Source of the DNA: an uncultured Alphaproteobacteria bacterium | GTDB lineage: Bacteria > Pseudomonadota > Alphaproteobacteria > RF32 > CAG-239 | Direction: 5' to 3' | NCBI GenBank assembly: GCA_910587405.1 | Contig: CAJUKS010000004.1 | Location: 78,141-142,140 of the forward strand | DNA length: 64,000 bases | Shown: one piece after another, positions 48,449 to 58,564 of the stretch | Numbering within the stretch: position 1 is the stretch's first letter | How the letters are laid out: every line of letters starts with the position of its first letter | Notes under the pieces: model-generated | Seen by the model: the letters and a program-made list of their open reading frames with translations, nothing else | Told to the model about the DNA's origin: nothing | Database searches by the model: none | Made by a program: the position numbers and the translations under genes

Positions 48449-48823
48449 TTATTCTTCGTTAAGGGCGCGCACCATTTTATAAATAAAGCGCAACTTTTTT
48501 TCATTCACCTTTTTAAGACCTTCCAACACCAACTGAAAAGTCGGCGAAAGCGTCAGTGTTTCATCTTCTATTTGATTGGCAGAATCGGGAAAATTATCCT
48601 TAAGCGCTTGCGGCAGATCAAAATTGAGACTGATCGCCATTTCAATGAGAGTACTCAAAGTTGGGTTTTGCTTTAGATCCTCTATTTTTGCAATCGAACT
48701 TTCACTGAGGCCGGTATCGTGTGCCAATCTGTAACGACTCACTTTCTGTTTTATCCTTTCTTTCTTCATCGCAAGGACTATTTGATTAACCCGGCTCTGA
48801 TTCTTTCTTTTATTGACTAACAT
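48449..48823 (-). CDS. XRE-family HTH protein with a C-terminal helical extension (paralog family)
   Basis: YRLAHDTGLSESSIAKIEDLKQNPTLSTLIEMAISL, then LTLSPTFQLVLEGLKKVNEKKLRFIYKMVRAL. It has its own terminator at about 48415-48445. Confidence 0.8.
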   Translation of the reverse strand: MLVNKRKNQSRVNQIVLAMKKERIKQKVSRYRLAHDTGLSESSIAKIEDLKQNPTLSTLIEMAISLNFDLPQALKDNFPDSANQIEDETLTLSPTFQLVLEGLKKVNEKKLRFIYKMVRALNEE

Positions 48824-49041
48824 ATTTGACTCAATTATAGGTTGCTTATTTTTGATGATATTATATTAGAAAAATATATTTAAAACTAAATTAAGTTTTA
48901 CAGCATCCCTTCAAAAAAGACGGAGTTTTATCAACATTATTGTGACGACACGGCAAGACACCCGATTCGCCGACTTATTTTACCGATTCGTTTTTCGTCC
49001 CACTGAAAAGATACAAAAAAACCCGCTGAAGCGGGATTTTT

Positions 49042-49422
49042 TTAACGACCGTTGAGCGCTCTTGCCACTTTGTAAATCACTTGCAGCGTTTCCTCATCCA
49101 TCTGTTTAAGACATTCGACCACCAAATGGAAAGTCGGCGACAGCGTCAGCAACTCTTCCTCACCTTCTCTTTCATCAGCGGTGTCCGGAAAGTTTTCCTT
49201 AAGTGCCTGCGGCAGATCAAAATTGAGACTGATCGCCATTTCAATGATCGTACTCAAAGTCGGATTTTGTCTTAACTCTTCAATATTTGCAATTGAACTG
49301 TCACTTAATCCGATATCTCGGGCTAATTTGTACCTAGTAATCTTTTTACTTATTCTTGCTTTTTTCATCTCAAGAATAATCTGATTAACTCGTCCCTGAT
49401 TCTTTCTTTTGTTTACTAACAT
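49042..49422 (-). CDS. XRE-family HTH protein with a C-terminal helical extension. Close paralog of 48449-48823.
   Basis: YKLARDIGLSDSSIANIEELRQNPTLSTIIEMAISL, then LTLSPTFHLVVECLKQMDEETLQVIYKVARAL. Terminator at about 49015-49040. Confidence 0.8.
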   Translation of the reverse strand: MLVNKRKNQGRVNQIILEMKKARISKKITRYKLARDIGLSDSSIANIEELRQNPTLSTIIEMAISLNFDLPQALKENFPDTADEREGEEELLTLSPTFHLVVECLKQMDEETLQVIYKVARALNGR

Positions 49423-49511
49423 TGATAGCCTAAAACTAAATTATTAAAGCTTATTTATTGAAATATATAAATTAGCTTGACTTTGCACAATAGTTTTATA
49501 TACTTCAATAG

Positions 49512-49852
49512 TAGTATAGAGAAATACAGTCGCAACAATGATTTTGCAAGTAAGCCTCATTCATTATTATTTTAAACCATACCTATCAAACAGGTATCCG
49601 TAGGGCTAGAGATAGTCCGGACGAATTAGCATTCGTCTGTTAGCACTTGTGCAGCATGGGATATAAATGCTGTAACTCAGTTATTGACTCTTCATAAAAT
49701 AACTGAGATTATATCCCCGGTCACTGACTATCGGCCGGGGAGCCCTCTGGTTCGTCCCGAGGATGCCATTTCACAAGTGATGGTAATGCTAACTCCCCGG
49801 CCACCTTTTCTTTCAGCCCCGACTTTAACTTTATTTTTGCATGAGGGCAGTC
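49512..49852 (+). ncRNA. Conserved structured RNA / long 5' leader, copy B (conserved core about 49580-49805)
   Basis: Promoter TTGACT-N16-TATACT at about 49478-49505. The core aligns with 37266-37496. Coordinates here are +/-1 nt. Confidence 0.65.
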
Positions 49853-50047
49853 ATGGGCCAACCGATTTCCAACCAAAACAAAACAACCGTTTCCACCACT
49901 TCGGGTCGCGAACCAAACGATCTAAACGACGAACCGATCCGCAACCTTAAGGAGTTTGAAGCTTTTGTATTCAGCCAAAGCGAGGAAACCCAGCGCGCCT
50001 TGGGCAAGATTATCGCTTTTATCTTGCACTGCGCCAGGGAACAATAG
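49853..50047 (+). CDS. 64-aa protein, paralog of the ORF at 37549-37737
   Basis: GAGGGC SD before the second ATG of the track ORF 49841-50047. MGQPISNQ..LNDEPIRNLKEFEAFVFSQSEETQRALGKIIAFILHCAREQ. Confidence 0.65.
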   Translation: MGQPISNQNKTTVSTTSGREPNDLNDEPIRNLKEFEAFVFSQSEETQRALGKIIAFILHCAREQ

Positions 50048-50056
50048 TCAACATCA

Positions 50057-50259
50057 CTCTTGACTATTAAGCAATTTACTGAGATGATACCCCCGGTCAC
50101 TGACTATCGGCCGGGGAGCCTCTGCTTTGTCCTGAGGATGCCATTTCTTGTGTAATGGTAACGCTAACTCTCCGGCCGCCTTTTTCGGCCCGGGGAGCCT
50201 CTGCTTTGTCCTGAGGATGCCATTTTTTGTGTAATGGTAACATCACCTCCTCGGCCGCC
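50057..50259 (+). repeat. Two further partial tandem copies of the 3' module of the structured RNA
   Basis: 50057-50180 and 50186-50259 both repeat ..CCCCGG..GGCCGGGGAGCC..CCTGAGGATGCCATTT..TAATGGTAAC..C(T/C)CGGCCGCC. Confidence 0.7.
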
Positions 50260-50701
50260 TTTTTCGGCCCCGTTTCTCAGTCTTTTGCCGACGATCTCCC
50301 GCTTCCCGGATAATTTCCGCTGCGGGATGTTTTCTTTCGATCTGCGGGACGCACCGCTTTCAACTCTCTTTTTCAACCCCGATTTCGGCCGGTTTTTCTC
50401 CGATTCCCGGACCGGCTCTCGCTGCGCTTTTTATCGCAGTCAACCGCTCGCGCCGGCCGCAAAAACGCCGCGCTGCCTTTGCCTTCCAAAAACAAAAGCG
50501 CCCGATTGACAGGACACTCAGAACACCTTATAAAGAAAAAACCCGGTGCAGGAACACCGGGTTTTCAGTAACCTCTGAAAGAAGTTGACGTGTAACTTCA
50601 ATCAACATGGTTACAGTATAAGCTTAATTTTATAATTTGTCAATGACAACTGATAGATAAGCTTGTCAGCTTCTTTCATACAAACGAAAGGAGTGACGGC
50701 A

Positions 50702-50764
50702 ATGATAGTGAAAATTATTATTGTCATACGAAGATTAAAAATCTTTTTTCTGATAAGAAAATAG
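50702..50764 (+). CDS. 20-aa Ile/Lys-rich peptide (MIVKIIIVIRRLKIFFLIRK)
   Basis: Hand-found ORF. The strong SD GAAAGGAG can pair with the upstream CTTCTTTC. The terminator GGAGAGCA-ATGTT-TGCTCTCC plus a T-run lies at 50771-50797. Confidence 0.5.
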   Translation: MIVKIIIVIRRLKIFFLIRK

Positions 50765-50928
50765 ATTTTGGGAGAGCAATGTTTGCTCTCCTTTTTTATT
50801 TAGACCATTCTCCCTTTACGCCGGACCGAACAACCGCCTTGAAATACGGTCAAACCATTACCGTCCGTTTGCCCCGACTTTCTCTCTCGTAAAAGAAAAA
50901 CCCCGGAAACACGTCCGGGGTTTTGTTC

Positions 50929-51891
50929 TTAGTAAGTGTCGCGTTCCACCTGAGGCGGCATCATCTGACGGTTGGGCTTTTCCACCGTCGGCGACGATTT
51001 TTCGTTGCTTTCCGTCTTGACGGTCGTCTCATTCTTCTCACCGACTGCTTCGCGCATTTTGCGCAAAGACGAACTCGCTTTCGCTGCCGGCGTCAACTTT
51101 TGATAACCGCTTTCTTCCAGCTTCTGATGAAAAGCGGCCTGAAATTTGGAAATATCGGTTGCGGCAACTTCGGCATGGGTTGCTTCGTAGCATTGCTGCA
51201 CCAGTTTCTGAAAATCTTCGTTGCCCAGCAATTGCTTTTGTTTCAGCGCCTGATTGGTAATTTCTTCCAACCGTCCCTGATCGCCTTTTTCAATCGCTTT
51301 TACCGCCGCATTGTACAAAGTATTCTGACGGCACGATTCCGCCGCCTTTTCCGGATCGACGGCACGGCCGAGGCCGATGGTCTCACCGATGGCAAATCCG
51401 TTGATATAAGCCTTTACATAGGCTCTTTTGCGGCTTTCTTTGGTCATGACTGCGGTGGCCGGTTTGCCGGAAAGATCATACAGACGGCTGGCGGAAATTG
51501 CCTGACCGTCGGCACCGACTCTGGTTTTGAATACATAGCCGTCGCTATAGTCATTGATAATCTTACTGCCGTCGGCACGATGTTCGGTCACTTCGCTCAA
51601 CCTTCCGCGGGAAAACTTGCTGACCTTTTTGCCGCCGTCGGAATCATATTCGGTCGATTCGGTGATTTTTCCGCTGTTATAATACTCTACCGAAAGCGCC
51701 GCGCCTTTGCCGTCGTAGACGATATGGCTGCCGTCTTTGACGCGTTCGCCGTCAATCTCGCGATATTCCGCAACTTCTTTGACCGAAAAATCGGGAAAAT
51801 AATCGGTAACCGTCGTTTTTCCGTTGCGGTCGGTTTTGGTCTCGGACACCGGCTTCATTCCTAATGCTTTGCGTATTTTATTGTTGAACAT
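50929..51891 (-). CDS. Hypothetical cytoplasmic protein with short Gly/Tyr repeat units in the N-terminal half (MORN/YwqK-like?)
   Basis: Coherent ORF of about 320 aa from the internal ATG at 51891 (RBS AAAGGG). Terminator at about 50885-50915. Confidence 0.55.
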   Translation of the reverse strand: MFNNKIRKALGMKPVSETKTDRNGKTTVTDYFPDFSVKEVAEYREIDGERVKDGSHIVYDGKGAALSVEYYNSGKITESTEYDSDGGKKVSKFSRGRLSEVTEHRADGSKIINDYSDGYVFKTRVGADGQAISASRLYDLSGKPATAVMTKESRKRAYVKAYINGFAIGETIGLGRAVDPEKAAESCRQNTLYNAAVKAIEKGDQGRLEEITNQALKQKQLLGNEDFQKLVQQCYEATHAEVAATDISKFQAAFHQKLEESGYQKLTPAAKASSSLRKMREAVGEKNETTVKTESNEKSSPTVEKPNRQMMPPQVERDTY

Positions 51892-52055
51892 GGCACAACC
51901 CTTTCTGAATATATCTATAAAAATATTGTACGAAATTTTTGTCAACAGTCAAGTTTTTTCGACCAAAAGTTTAAAAACAATTTGTTGCCTCTCCAAAAAA
52001 TCGGCTGATTTAACAACAAAAAAGGAGAGCAATCACTTGCTCCCCTTTCCAAAAT

Positions 52056-52118
52056 CTACTTCCTGATCAGGAAGAAAATTTTTATTTTCTTAATGATAAT
52101 AATAAACTTTATTATCAT
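52056..52118 (-). CDS. 20-aa Ile/Lys-rich peptide (MIIKFIIIIKKIKIFFLIRK), an inverted paralog of 50702-50764
   Basis: Hand-found ORF with SD AAAGGAG at 52125-52131, anti-SD TTAACTCCTTT (minus-strand sense) at 52141-52151, and a second AAAGGAGTTAA at 52224-52234. Terminator at 52018-52045. Confidence 0.5.
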   Translation of the reverse strand: MIIKFIIIIKKIKIFFLIRK

Positions 52119-52425
52119 TGTTTGCTCCTTTCCGTAAGCGAAAGGAGTTAACGCCTGTTTTTTATAAATTGACATCTATAAAAAAATAAGCTAATCTAAA
52201 ACCATAGTTAGGAATTAGATGGATTAACTCCTTTCTAGTTTTAGTCAAGTCCGTTGTTGCCGCAACGGACTTTCTTTTTATACTTTAGGTTGCAAAAACT
52301 GTCAATCGGCTTTCCCGGCAAGCCTCACCCGCCAGACAATAAAAACCCCCGAAAACAGCCTTGCACAGCCGTCTTCGGGGTTGGGCATTCGCATGGTTGC
52401 GGGTACTCAACACCCGCACCGCATT

Positions 52426-53505
52426 TTATTCTTCGCCGACATACATACCGACGGCACGGGCGGTTTTGACATAATCGCTGCTGACATCCAACAACGTGGT
52501 GCCTTCTTTAACCACTTCGTCGATATCATAATCTTCGATGCGGTGATTTTTCCAAACCACCATCCGGTTGGTCTTGCCTTCTTCCAACAAGGCAACCGCT
52601 TTGGCACCGAACATGGTCGCCAGAATACGGTCGGTCGGCAGCGGATCGCCGGAGCGCTGAACATGGCCCAGCGTGGTAACCCGGGTCTGAAATTCTTTAT
52701 AACGTTTGTTCAGTTCGGCGCTCAGATACTGGCCGATACCCCCGTAAACCGTTTCGCCGATTTTGTTGGTGGCGGCGGAAACATGCTGGCCGTCTTCGCG
52801 CTTCACGCCTTCCGATACCACGATCAGGGCATGATTGCGGCCGCTTTCCTTAATCGATTTCAGTTTGGCGATGATCGAATCGATCTTATAGGGAATTTCC
52901 GGTACCAGACAAACATCGGCAAAACCCGAAATGGCGGAATGCATCGCCAAGTGTCCGGCGTCACGTCCCATCACTTCGAGAATCAGGGCGCGATTGTGGG
53001 AACGGGCCGTCAGTTCAAGAGCGTCGAGAGCACTGGTACAAACCTGACAGGCGGTAGCAAAACCGACCGAAGCGTCGGTAATCGGGGTGTCGTTGTCAAT
53101 CGTCTTCGGAATACCGACCATTCTGATGCCGGCCATATGGCAATAGTTGCTGACGATGTTCATGCTGCCGTCGCCGCCGACGACAACCAGCGCGTCCAGT
53201 TTCAGCTCACGGGCGCCTTCGCCGAACTTTTGCGACAGAGTTTCCATCGATTCCAACTTGACGCCGCTGTTCAGCGAACCGAGGTAAGATCCGCTCAGAC
53301 GCGGCCACGGCGTGTTCGAAAAGTTCGCCGGGGTCAAAACGTCGTATTGCAAAGGCCGGTTGGTCAGGCCGTCGGTGCCGAACTTAATGCCGTAAACTTC
53401 CCATCCTTTAAGAGTGGCTGCATTAACAACCGAGCGAATGACCGCGTTTAAGCCGGCGCAGTCGCCGCCGCTGGTTAAAATTCCGATTCGTTTGATCTGG
53501 TTCAT
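52426..53505 (-). CDS. pfk: 6-phosphofructokinase (PfkA family; ATP versus PPi dependence not resolvable)
   Basis: IGILTSGGDCAGLNAVIR, GIPKTIDND and MGRDAGHLA motifs. Confidence 0.9.
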   Translation of the reverse strand: MNQIKRIGILTSGGDCAGLNAVIRSVVNAATLKGWEVYGIKFGTDGLTNRPLQYDVLTPANFSNTPWPRLSGSYLGSLNSGVKLESMETLSQKFGEGARELKLDALVVVGGDGSMNIVSNYCHMAGIRMVGIPKTIDNDTPITDASVGFATACQVCTSALDALELTARSHNRALILEVMGRDAGHLAMHSAISGFADVCLVPEIPYKIDSIIAKLKSIKESGRNHALIVVSEGVKREDGQHVSAATNKIGETVYGGIGQYLSAELNKRYKEFQTRVTTLGHVQRSGDPLPTDRILATMFGAKAVALLEEGKTNRMVVWKNHRIEDYDIDEVVKEGTTLLDVSSDYVKTARAVGMYVGEE

Positions 53506-53643
53506 GTAAAACTCCTATGTCAAATAAATATTGGTTGCTTTTTTAGCATAAATGTGGTATATTTCAACACAAATTTTACAAAAATGTTGTCTGTAAAATT
53601 TTTCGGCGTAAACGCTACCTTACAAATCCGAGGATTTTTCTTA

Positions 53644-53856
53644 ATGATTAAAAATGACAATTTGAGCAAACTGACTCATCAACTGTGTGAACTGCGGCTG
53701 GAGGAAAGACGGGTGTGTTCCGATATCCGGCATTTGGTCTCCCGCAATTCGACAATTGATTTTGCCACTGCCAAACAACTCAGCAATATGCGCAGCGGCG
53801 TCAAAAAGAAAATAGAGTCGATCGAAGCCAAAATCATGCCCAACATCATCGCTTAG
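53644..53856 (+). CDS. Small coiled-coil protein (possibly DUF465/YdcH-like)
   Basis: 70-aa ORF from the ATG at 53644. Weak resemblance only. Confidence 0.4.
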   Translation: MIKNDNLSKLTHQLCELRLEERRVCSDIRHLVSRNSTIDFATAKQLSNMRSGVKKKIESIEAKIMPNIIA

Positions 53857-53950
53857 GCAGCCATAACAAAAAAAGGTTGCAATTATCGTTCGGGTATGCT
53901 AATAAAAAGCAATTTTGTAATAAACGAAAAATTGAAATGAGGTGATTTAA

Positions 53951-54157
53951 GTGGTTCAAGTTACTGTTATCGGTAACGATGTCGGTCAGTCTTTGAAAGT
54001 TCTGAAGAAGAAAATGCAGCGTGAAGGTGTTTTCCGCGAAATGAAGCTGCGCCGCCATCACGAAAAGAACTCTGAGAAAAAAGCCCGCCGTCAGGCCGAG
54101 GCAATCAGACGTTCCCGTAAGCAACTTCGCAAACGCTTGGATACCGAAGGATTCTAG
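53951..54157 (+). CDS. rpsU: 30S ribosomal protein S21
   Basis: [44 protein letters not shown], with a GTG start. Confidence 0.93.
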   Translation: MVQVTVIGNDVGQSLKVLKKKMQREGVFREMKLRRHHEKNSEKKARRQAEAIRRSRKQLRKRLDTEGF

Positions 54158-54332
54158 TTATCCTGAAAGTTTTTTCAAAAAACACCGCTGATTACGGCGG
54201 TGTTTTTTTACATGCATGAATTTCCCCGTTCGGCGGCATTCTTTGCCCAACCTTTCAAACTCAAAAACCCCCGGCTTATCCGGAGGTTTTCAAAACATTA
54301 AAAAAACGGAATTGATCCGTTTTTGGGGTAAT

Positions 54333-55076
54333 TTATTTACTCAGCCAATCGTTCTGGTTTTTGCGGTTGCGGATAATTTGCTGAACATTGTGCGGCAGAC
54401 TTTTAAATATCCGGTTGGAAGCCAAACGCCGTTTGCGCGGCAACTCCTGCCGTCCCCATTCGGTCTGATGATAAACCGGGGCCATTGCCCGGATACACTC
54501 GTCCAAACCGCGGTAACGCTCTCCCGACGGAATATCGGACAAACGCGCCAGCGCCCGGTCAAAGGCCCGCAATTGCTTTTGATAGTCGGGTTGACTGCAG
54601 GCTTTTTCAAGCAAAGAGCGAAAATCGGTCCGTGCCATTTTTTCAACCGCCTTGGTACAATCGGCATGGCGGGCAAAGTTTTTGGGCAGCAGTTTCAATG
54701 CCCGCAGACCATAATTAAACGTTTCGCCGCTTGAGCCGCCCATTTCCGGCAGCCGCATGATCACACTGCACAGATGACCGGCCAGTTTCGGATCGGGCGG
54801 ACAACGGTTAATAAATTTTTTGGTATGTTGCAGCCATTGATTGCGGTCTTTATCGGTACGAGCCTCGGGCCGCATTACCGCATAGGCAAAATACATCGAA
54901 TATTCGTCACCAAGCGTCGGCTCTTTCGGAAAACTCTCTTTCATCGCCTCAACAATCCCGCGCAGTTCGCAATCGGTATCCAACTGGTTAAACGCGGCTT
55001 CCAATTCGTCGCTGTCACGCATCCGGCAATAAAATTCGGTCAGTTTTTTCTTAAGTTCCTGAAAAGTTTCCGTCAT
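54333..55076 (-). CDS. Hypothetical protein (247 aa)
   Basis: Coherent ORF with no recognisable motif. Confidence 0.5.
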   Translation of the reverse strand: MTETFQELKKKLTEFYCRMRDSDELEAAFNQLDTDCELRGIVEAMKESFPKEPTLGDEYSMYFAYAVMRPEARTDKDRNQWLQHTKKFINRCPPDPKLAGHLCSVIMRLPEMGGSSGETFNYGLRALKLLPKNFARHADCTKAVEKMARTDFRSLLEKACSQPDYQKQLRAFDRALARLSDIPSGERYRGLDECIRAMAPVYHQTEWGRQELPRKRRLASNRIFKSLPHNVQQIIRNRKNQNDWLSK

Positions 55077-55090
55077 CGGCCGATCCTGTT

Positions 55091-55528
55091 TTATAAGTCC
55101 TTTACCATCCGCGCGAAGGTAATCCCGTTTTCTTCAAAGATGTCGCCTTCCTGCCGATATCCCATTTTCTCGTAAAAATGAACCACCGACAGCATCGAAT
55201 GCATCACAATGCGGGAATATCCGGCTTCTTTCGCCCTGGCTTCGGCATATTTTACCATCTCGCGGCCGATCCCCTCCCGCTGGTATTTGGTATCGACGGC
55301 CACCTGCATCATGCGGATTTCTTCATCATTGAGCGGGGCCAGCATCAAACCGCCGACCAAACTGTCGTCCAGCCCTTCGACACAGCCGATATGCAGATAC
55401 CCCATTTCCTTTTCGCGATACATATCCAGAAACTTCAAACCGAGCGGTTCCAGAAGGATTTTATAGCGTAGTTCAACCAGTTGGTCATAACGGGAAGAAC
55501 CGAAATCAACATCAATCATTTTTCTCAT
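55091..55528 (-). CDS. GNAT-family N-acetyltransferase
   Basis: The acetyl-CoA binding motif [18 protein letters not shown] is typical of GNAT motif A. Confidence 0.85.
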   Translation of the reverse strand: MRKMIDVDFGSSRYDQLVELRYKILLEPLGLKFLDMYREKEMGYLHIGCVEGLDDSLVGGLMLAPLNDEEIRMMQVAVDTKYQREGIGREMVKYAEARAKEAGYSRIVMHSMLSVVHFYEKMGYRQEGDIFEENGITFARMVKDL

Positions 55529-55659
55529 TGTTTACCTCCTGTCCGGATACATATTCATTAATATCATATTTGACGACTATAATCAATATTATATTGCCTA
55601 ATCTTTTTTTTTGCCCTATTTATGAGTTAATCAAAAGATTAATTAAAACAAGGAATGAG

Positions 55660-57465
55660 ATGTCTGACGATTTAAATTTAATTCGCAATTTTGCAATCAT
55701 CGCCCACATTGACCACGGCAAGTCCACCCTTGCCGACCGCCTGATCGAATATTGCGGCGGCCTTACCAGCCGCGAAATGCAGGAACAGGTCCTCGATTCA
55801 ATGGATATCGAACGCGAGCGCGGCATTACGATCAAAGCCCAGACGGTGCGGCTGAACTATGCCGCTGCCGACGGCAAAACCTATCAGCTCAATCTGATGG
55901 ACACCCCCGGACACGTCGACTTTTCTTACGAAGTCAGCCGTTCGCTGGCCTCGTGCGAAGGTTCGATCCTGGTGGTCGACGCCACTCAGGGTGTGGAAGC
56001 GCAAACGCTGGCCAACGTCTATCTCGCCATTGACAACAACCACGAAATCATCCCGGTTTTAAATAAAGTCGACCTTCCGTCAGCCGAACCCGAAAAAGTC
56101 CGCCGCCAAATCGAAGACGTGATCGGCTTGGACGCTTCCAACGCGGTTGAAACCTCCGGCAAAACCGGTCTCGGCGTTCCCGAGCTGTTGGAAGCGATCG
56201 TAACCCGGCTGCCGGCACCGCAGGGCCAGCGTGAAGCGCCGCTGCAGGCGTTGCTGATCGACAGCTGGTACGATTCCTACCTCGGCGTAATCATTCTGGT
56301 GCGGGTCAAAGACGGCATCATCCGCAAAAAACAACAAATCCGCATGATGTCAAACAATGCGGTTTATCAAATTGACAAAGTGGGGGTCTTCACCCCTAAA
56401 ATGCAGGATGCGGAAGCGCTTTATCCGGGCGAAATCGGTTTTATTACCGCCAGCATAAAAAGCGTCAGCGACTGCAGCATCGGCGACACCATTACCGACA
56501 ACCGCCTTCCCTGCGCCGCACCGTTGCAAGGCTTCAAACCTTCGGTTCCGGTGGTATTCTGTTCCATCTTTCCGGTCGACAGCAGCCAGTACGAAAACCT
56601 AAAAGACGCCTTGGCCAAACTCAAGCTCAACGACGCCAGCATCGAATACCAAAACGAAAATTCGGCAGCCCTCGGCCTTGGTTTCCGTTGCGGTTTCCTC
56701 GGCCTGCTGCATATGGAAATTATTCAGGAACGTCTGGGACGGGAGTTTGACCTCGATCTGATCACCACCGCGCCCTCGGTTGCCTATAATCTCAACATGA
56801 CCAACGGCGAACAGATCACGCTGTGCAATCCCGCCGATATGCCCGACCTGTCTACCGTTCGCTCGATTGAAGAGCCTTTGGTCCGCGCCACCATTCTGGT
56901 ACCGGACGAATATTTGGGCGCCGTGCTCAAACTCTGCAACGACCGCCGCGGCGAACAGGAGGAACTGACCTATGCCGGCAGCCGGGCGATGGTCGTCTAC
57001 AAAATCCCGCTCAACGAAATCGTTTTCGATTTCTACGATCGGCTGAAATCGATTACCAGCGGTTATGCCAGTTTTGACTACGAAATTGTCGGCCATCAGG
57101 AATCGGATCTGGTCAAGGTCCAGATCCTGATCAACGAAGAACCGGTGGACGCGTTGGCTTTTCTGTGCCACCGTTCGGAGGCGGAATCGCGCGGACGCCA
57201 AATTTGTGAGCGCCTCAAGGATCTGATTCCGCGGCATTTGTTCAAAATTCCGATTCAGGCGGCGATCGGCGGCCGGGTAATTGCCCGCGAAACCATTTCT
57301 GCCCTGCGCAAAGACGTTACCGCCAAATGCTACGGCGGCGACATCACCCGCAAACGCAAACTGCTCGACAAACAAAAGAAAGGCAAATTGCGAATGCGGC
57401 AGTTCGGCAAAGTCGAAATTCCGCAGTCCGCCTTCATCGAAGCTTTGCGTATCGGCGATCAGTAA
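55660..57465 (+). CDS. lepA: Elongation factor 4 (LepA)
   Basis: [29 protein letters not shown] and NKVDL, plus the LepA-specific C-terminus ([26 protein letters not shown]). I chose the ATG at 55660. Confidence 0.96.
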   Translation: MSDDLNLIRNFAIIAHIDHGKSTLADRLIEYCGGLTSREMQEQVLDSMDIERERGITIKAQTVRLNYAAADGKTYQLNLMDTPGHVDFSYEVSRSLASCEGSILVVDATQGVEAQTLANVYLAIDNNHEIIPVLNKVDLPSAEPEKVRRQIEDVIGLDASNAVETSGKTGLGVPELLEAIVTRLPAPQGQREAPLQALLIDSWYDSYLGVIILVRVKDGIIRKKQQIRMMSNNAVYQIDKVGVFTPKMQDAEALYPGEIGFITASIKSVSDCSIGDTITDNRLPCAAPLQGFKPSVPVVFCSIFPVDSSQYENLKDALAKLKLNDASIEYQNENSAALGLGFRCGFLGLLHMEIIQERLGREFDLDLITTAPSVAYNLNMTNGEQITLCNPADMPDLSTVRSIEEPLVRATILVPDEYLGAVLKLCNDRRGEQEELTYAGSRAMVVYKIPLNEIVFDFYDRLKSITSGYASFDYEIVGHQESDLVKVQILINEEPVDALAFLCHRSEAESRGRQICERLKDLIPRHLFKIPIQAAIGGRVIARETISALRKDVTAKCYGGDITRKRKLLDKQKKGKLRMRQFGKVEIPQSAFIEALRIGDQ

Positions 57466-57535
57466 AACGAATTTATCACTTGAGAAAGCGACAACGATTT
57501 ATTATAATCAGATATATTATTCGGAGGAACTGTTT

Positions 57536-58312
57536 ATGAAATTACCAATTCTGCTTTTATCCGGTTTTCTGGCCTTTTGGCCGTTGGCCGGTTCCGCTCA
57601 GACCGTCGAGGGCGTTCAGGCTTTCAGTCAGCCCGAAGGCTCGTGGAAGCGCGAAACGGTTGCGGAAGAAAACGCCGTTAACCCGCAGCAGCGGTTTATT
57701 GACGAGGCCGGTAAATTTGCCATCGACAATATCGTTAAGGCAGAACAGGTTTTTTGTTACGAAGTCTTCCCGCAAAACGAGGAATACGAGGGCTATACGC
57801 TTGACGGATTTCCGATTCGCGGCTTTTGCGGCGTGATGGGAGAACCGGTCCGCGATATGATCAGCCGCTATTTTCTCAGCAGCGAGAGTAACGTTTTGTT
57901 TGATCAGGCCGAACAATGCATCATCGAACCCAAAATCATTATCCGCTTTATCCGCGGTATCGACTACACCGACGTGCTGATTTCTTCGCCCTGTCATTCT
58001 TTTGCCATCTTTTACGGCGGCAGCGTCCATGTCTACAACTTTAAACCCGGCGCCGAAATTATTGACGCCATGCTGAAAGCCCTCGGCCCCAAACATGCCG
58101 AATTTGTTTCTCCGGCGCTTCTCAACCAACTGCTCCCGGTCGGCGTTGTCCAAAACGAACAACAGCGCAAGATTGTTAACAAACGCAGTGAACCGATCCG
58201 CAAATGGGAACAGAAGACCCAGGTCGAACAAGCGAAACGCGCCGCCGAAGAAAAAAAGAACAACAGCGGCTGGAACAAACTGAAAATGAAATCTTTCGGC
58301 GCCCCGCAATAA
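57536..58312 (+). CDS. Hypothetical secreted protein with a Lys/Glu-rich tail
   Basis: RBS GGAGGA and signal peptide MKLPILLLSGFLAFWPLAGSAQ from the internal ATG at 57536. Confidence 0.6.
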   Translation: MKLPILLLSGFLAFWPLAGSAQTVEGVQAFSQPEGSWKRETVAEENAVNPQQRFIDEAGKFAIDNIVKAEQVFCYEVFPQNEEYEGYTLDGFPIRGFCGVMGEPVRDMISRYFLSSESNVLFDQAEQCIIEPKIIIRFIRGIDYTDVLISSPCHSFAIFYGGSVHVYNFKPGAEIIDAMLKALGPKHAEFVSPALLNQLLPVGVVQNEQQRKIVNKRSEPIRKWEQKTQVEQAKRAAEEKKNNSGWNKLKMKSFGAPQ

Positions 58313-58564
58313 GTTTCAAAGCCCAAAAACCTTAAAAAGCACCTTTTACAAGGTGCTTTTTTTATGCGGATATTTTTATTGTCCTCTGACGATTCTGTAT
58401 CAAAAAAAGGATCATTTTTTTGATACAGACAAATGGTACAGCAAAGAAAATTTAAGATCAAGAAGATTTTGAGATTATCAATAGGTTAGCAAGAGACATG
58501 GCGAAGAAGCAAAATGTATCAAAAAAATGATCGTTAAAATTCATTTTGCTAAGGACACGATAAA

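Noticed and set aside
48078-48676. Track ORFs of 90, 198 and 60 aa across the polypyrimidine tract (48078-48350 +, 48080-48676 +, 48087-48269 -).
   Set aside because: Their translations are pure low-complexity (S/L/P/F-rich, or R/E/K/G-rich on the other strand). They are dictated by the strand-biased composition, and the 198-aa ORF also runs antisense through a real HTH gene.
50702-52118. Interpreting the Ile-rich 20-aa peptides as classical ilv-type attenuator leader peptides.
   Set aside because: No branched-chain amino-acid biosynthesis or tRNA synthetase gene follows either copy, and copy 1 faces the 3' end of a convergent gene. I kept this only as an alternative in the finding.
55528-55659. 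N-terminal extensions of track ORFs upstream of conserved starts: lepA 55528, ldh 34669, Nudix 1463, cobB 25024, lgt 29069, MATE 10360, sdaA 23048, mltG 32558 and 57281.
   Set aside because: The extensions lack homology to the family N-termini, and they overlap upstream genes or promoters. Internal ATGs with an RBS reproduce the canonical N-terminal motifs.
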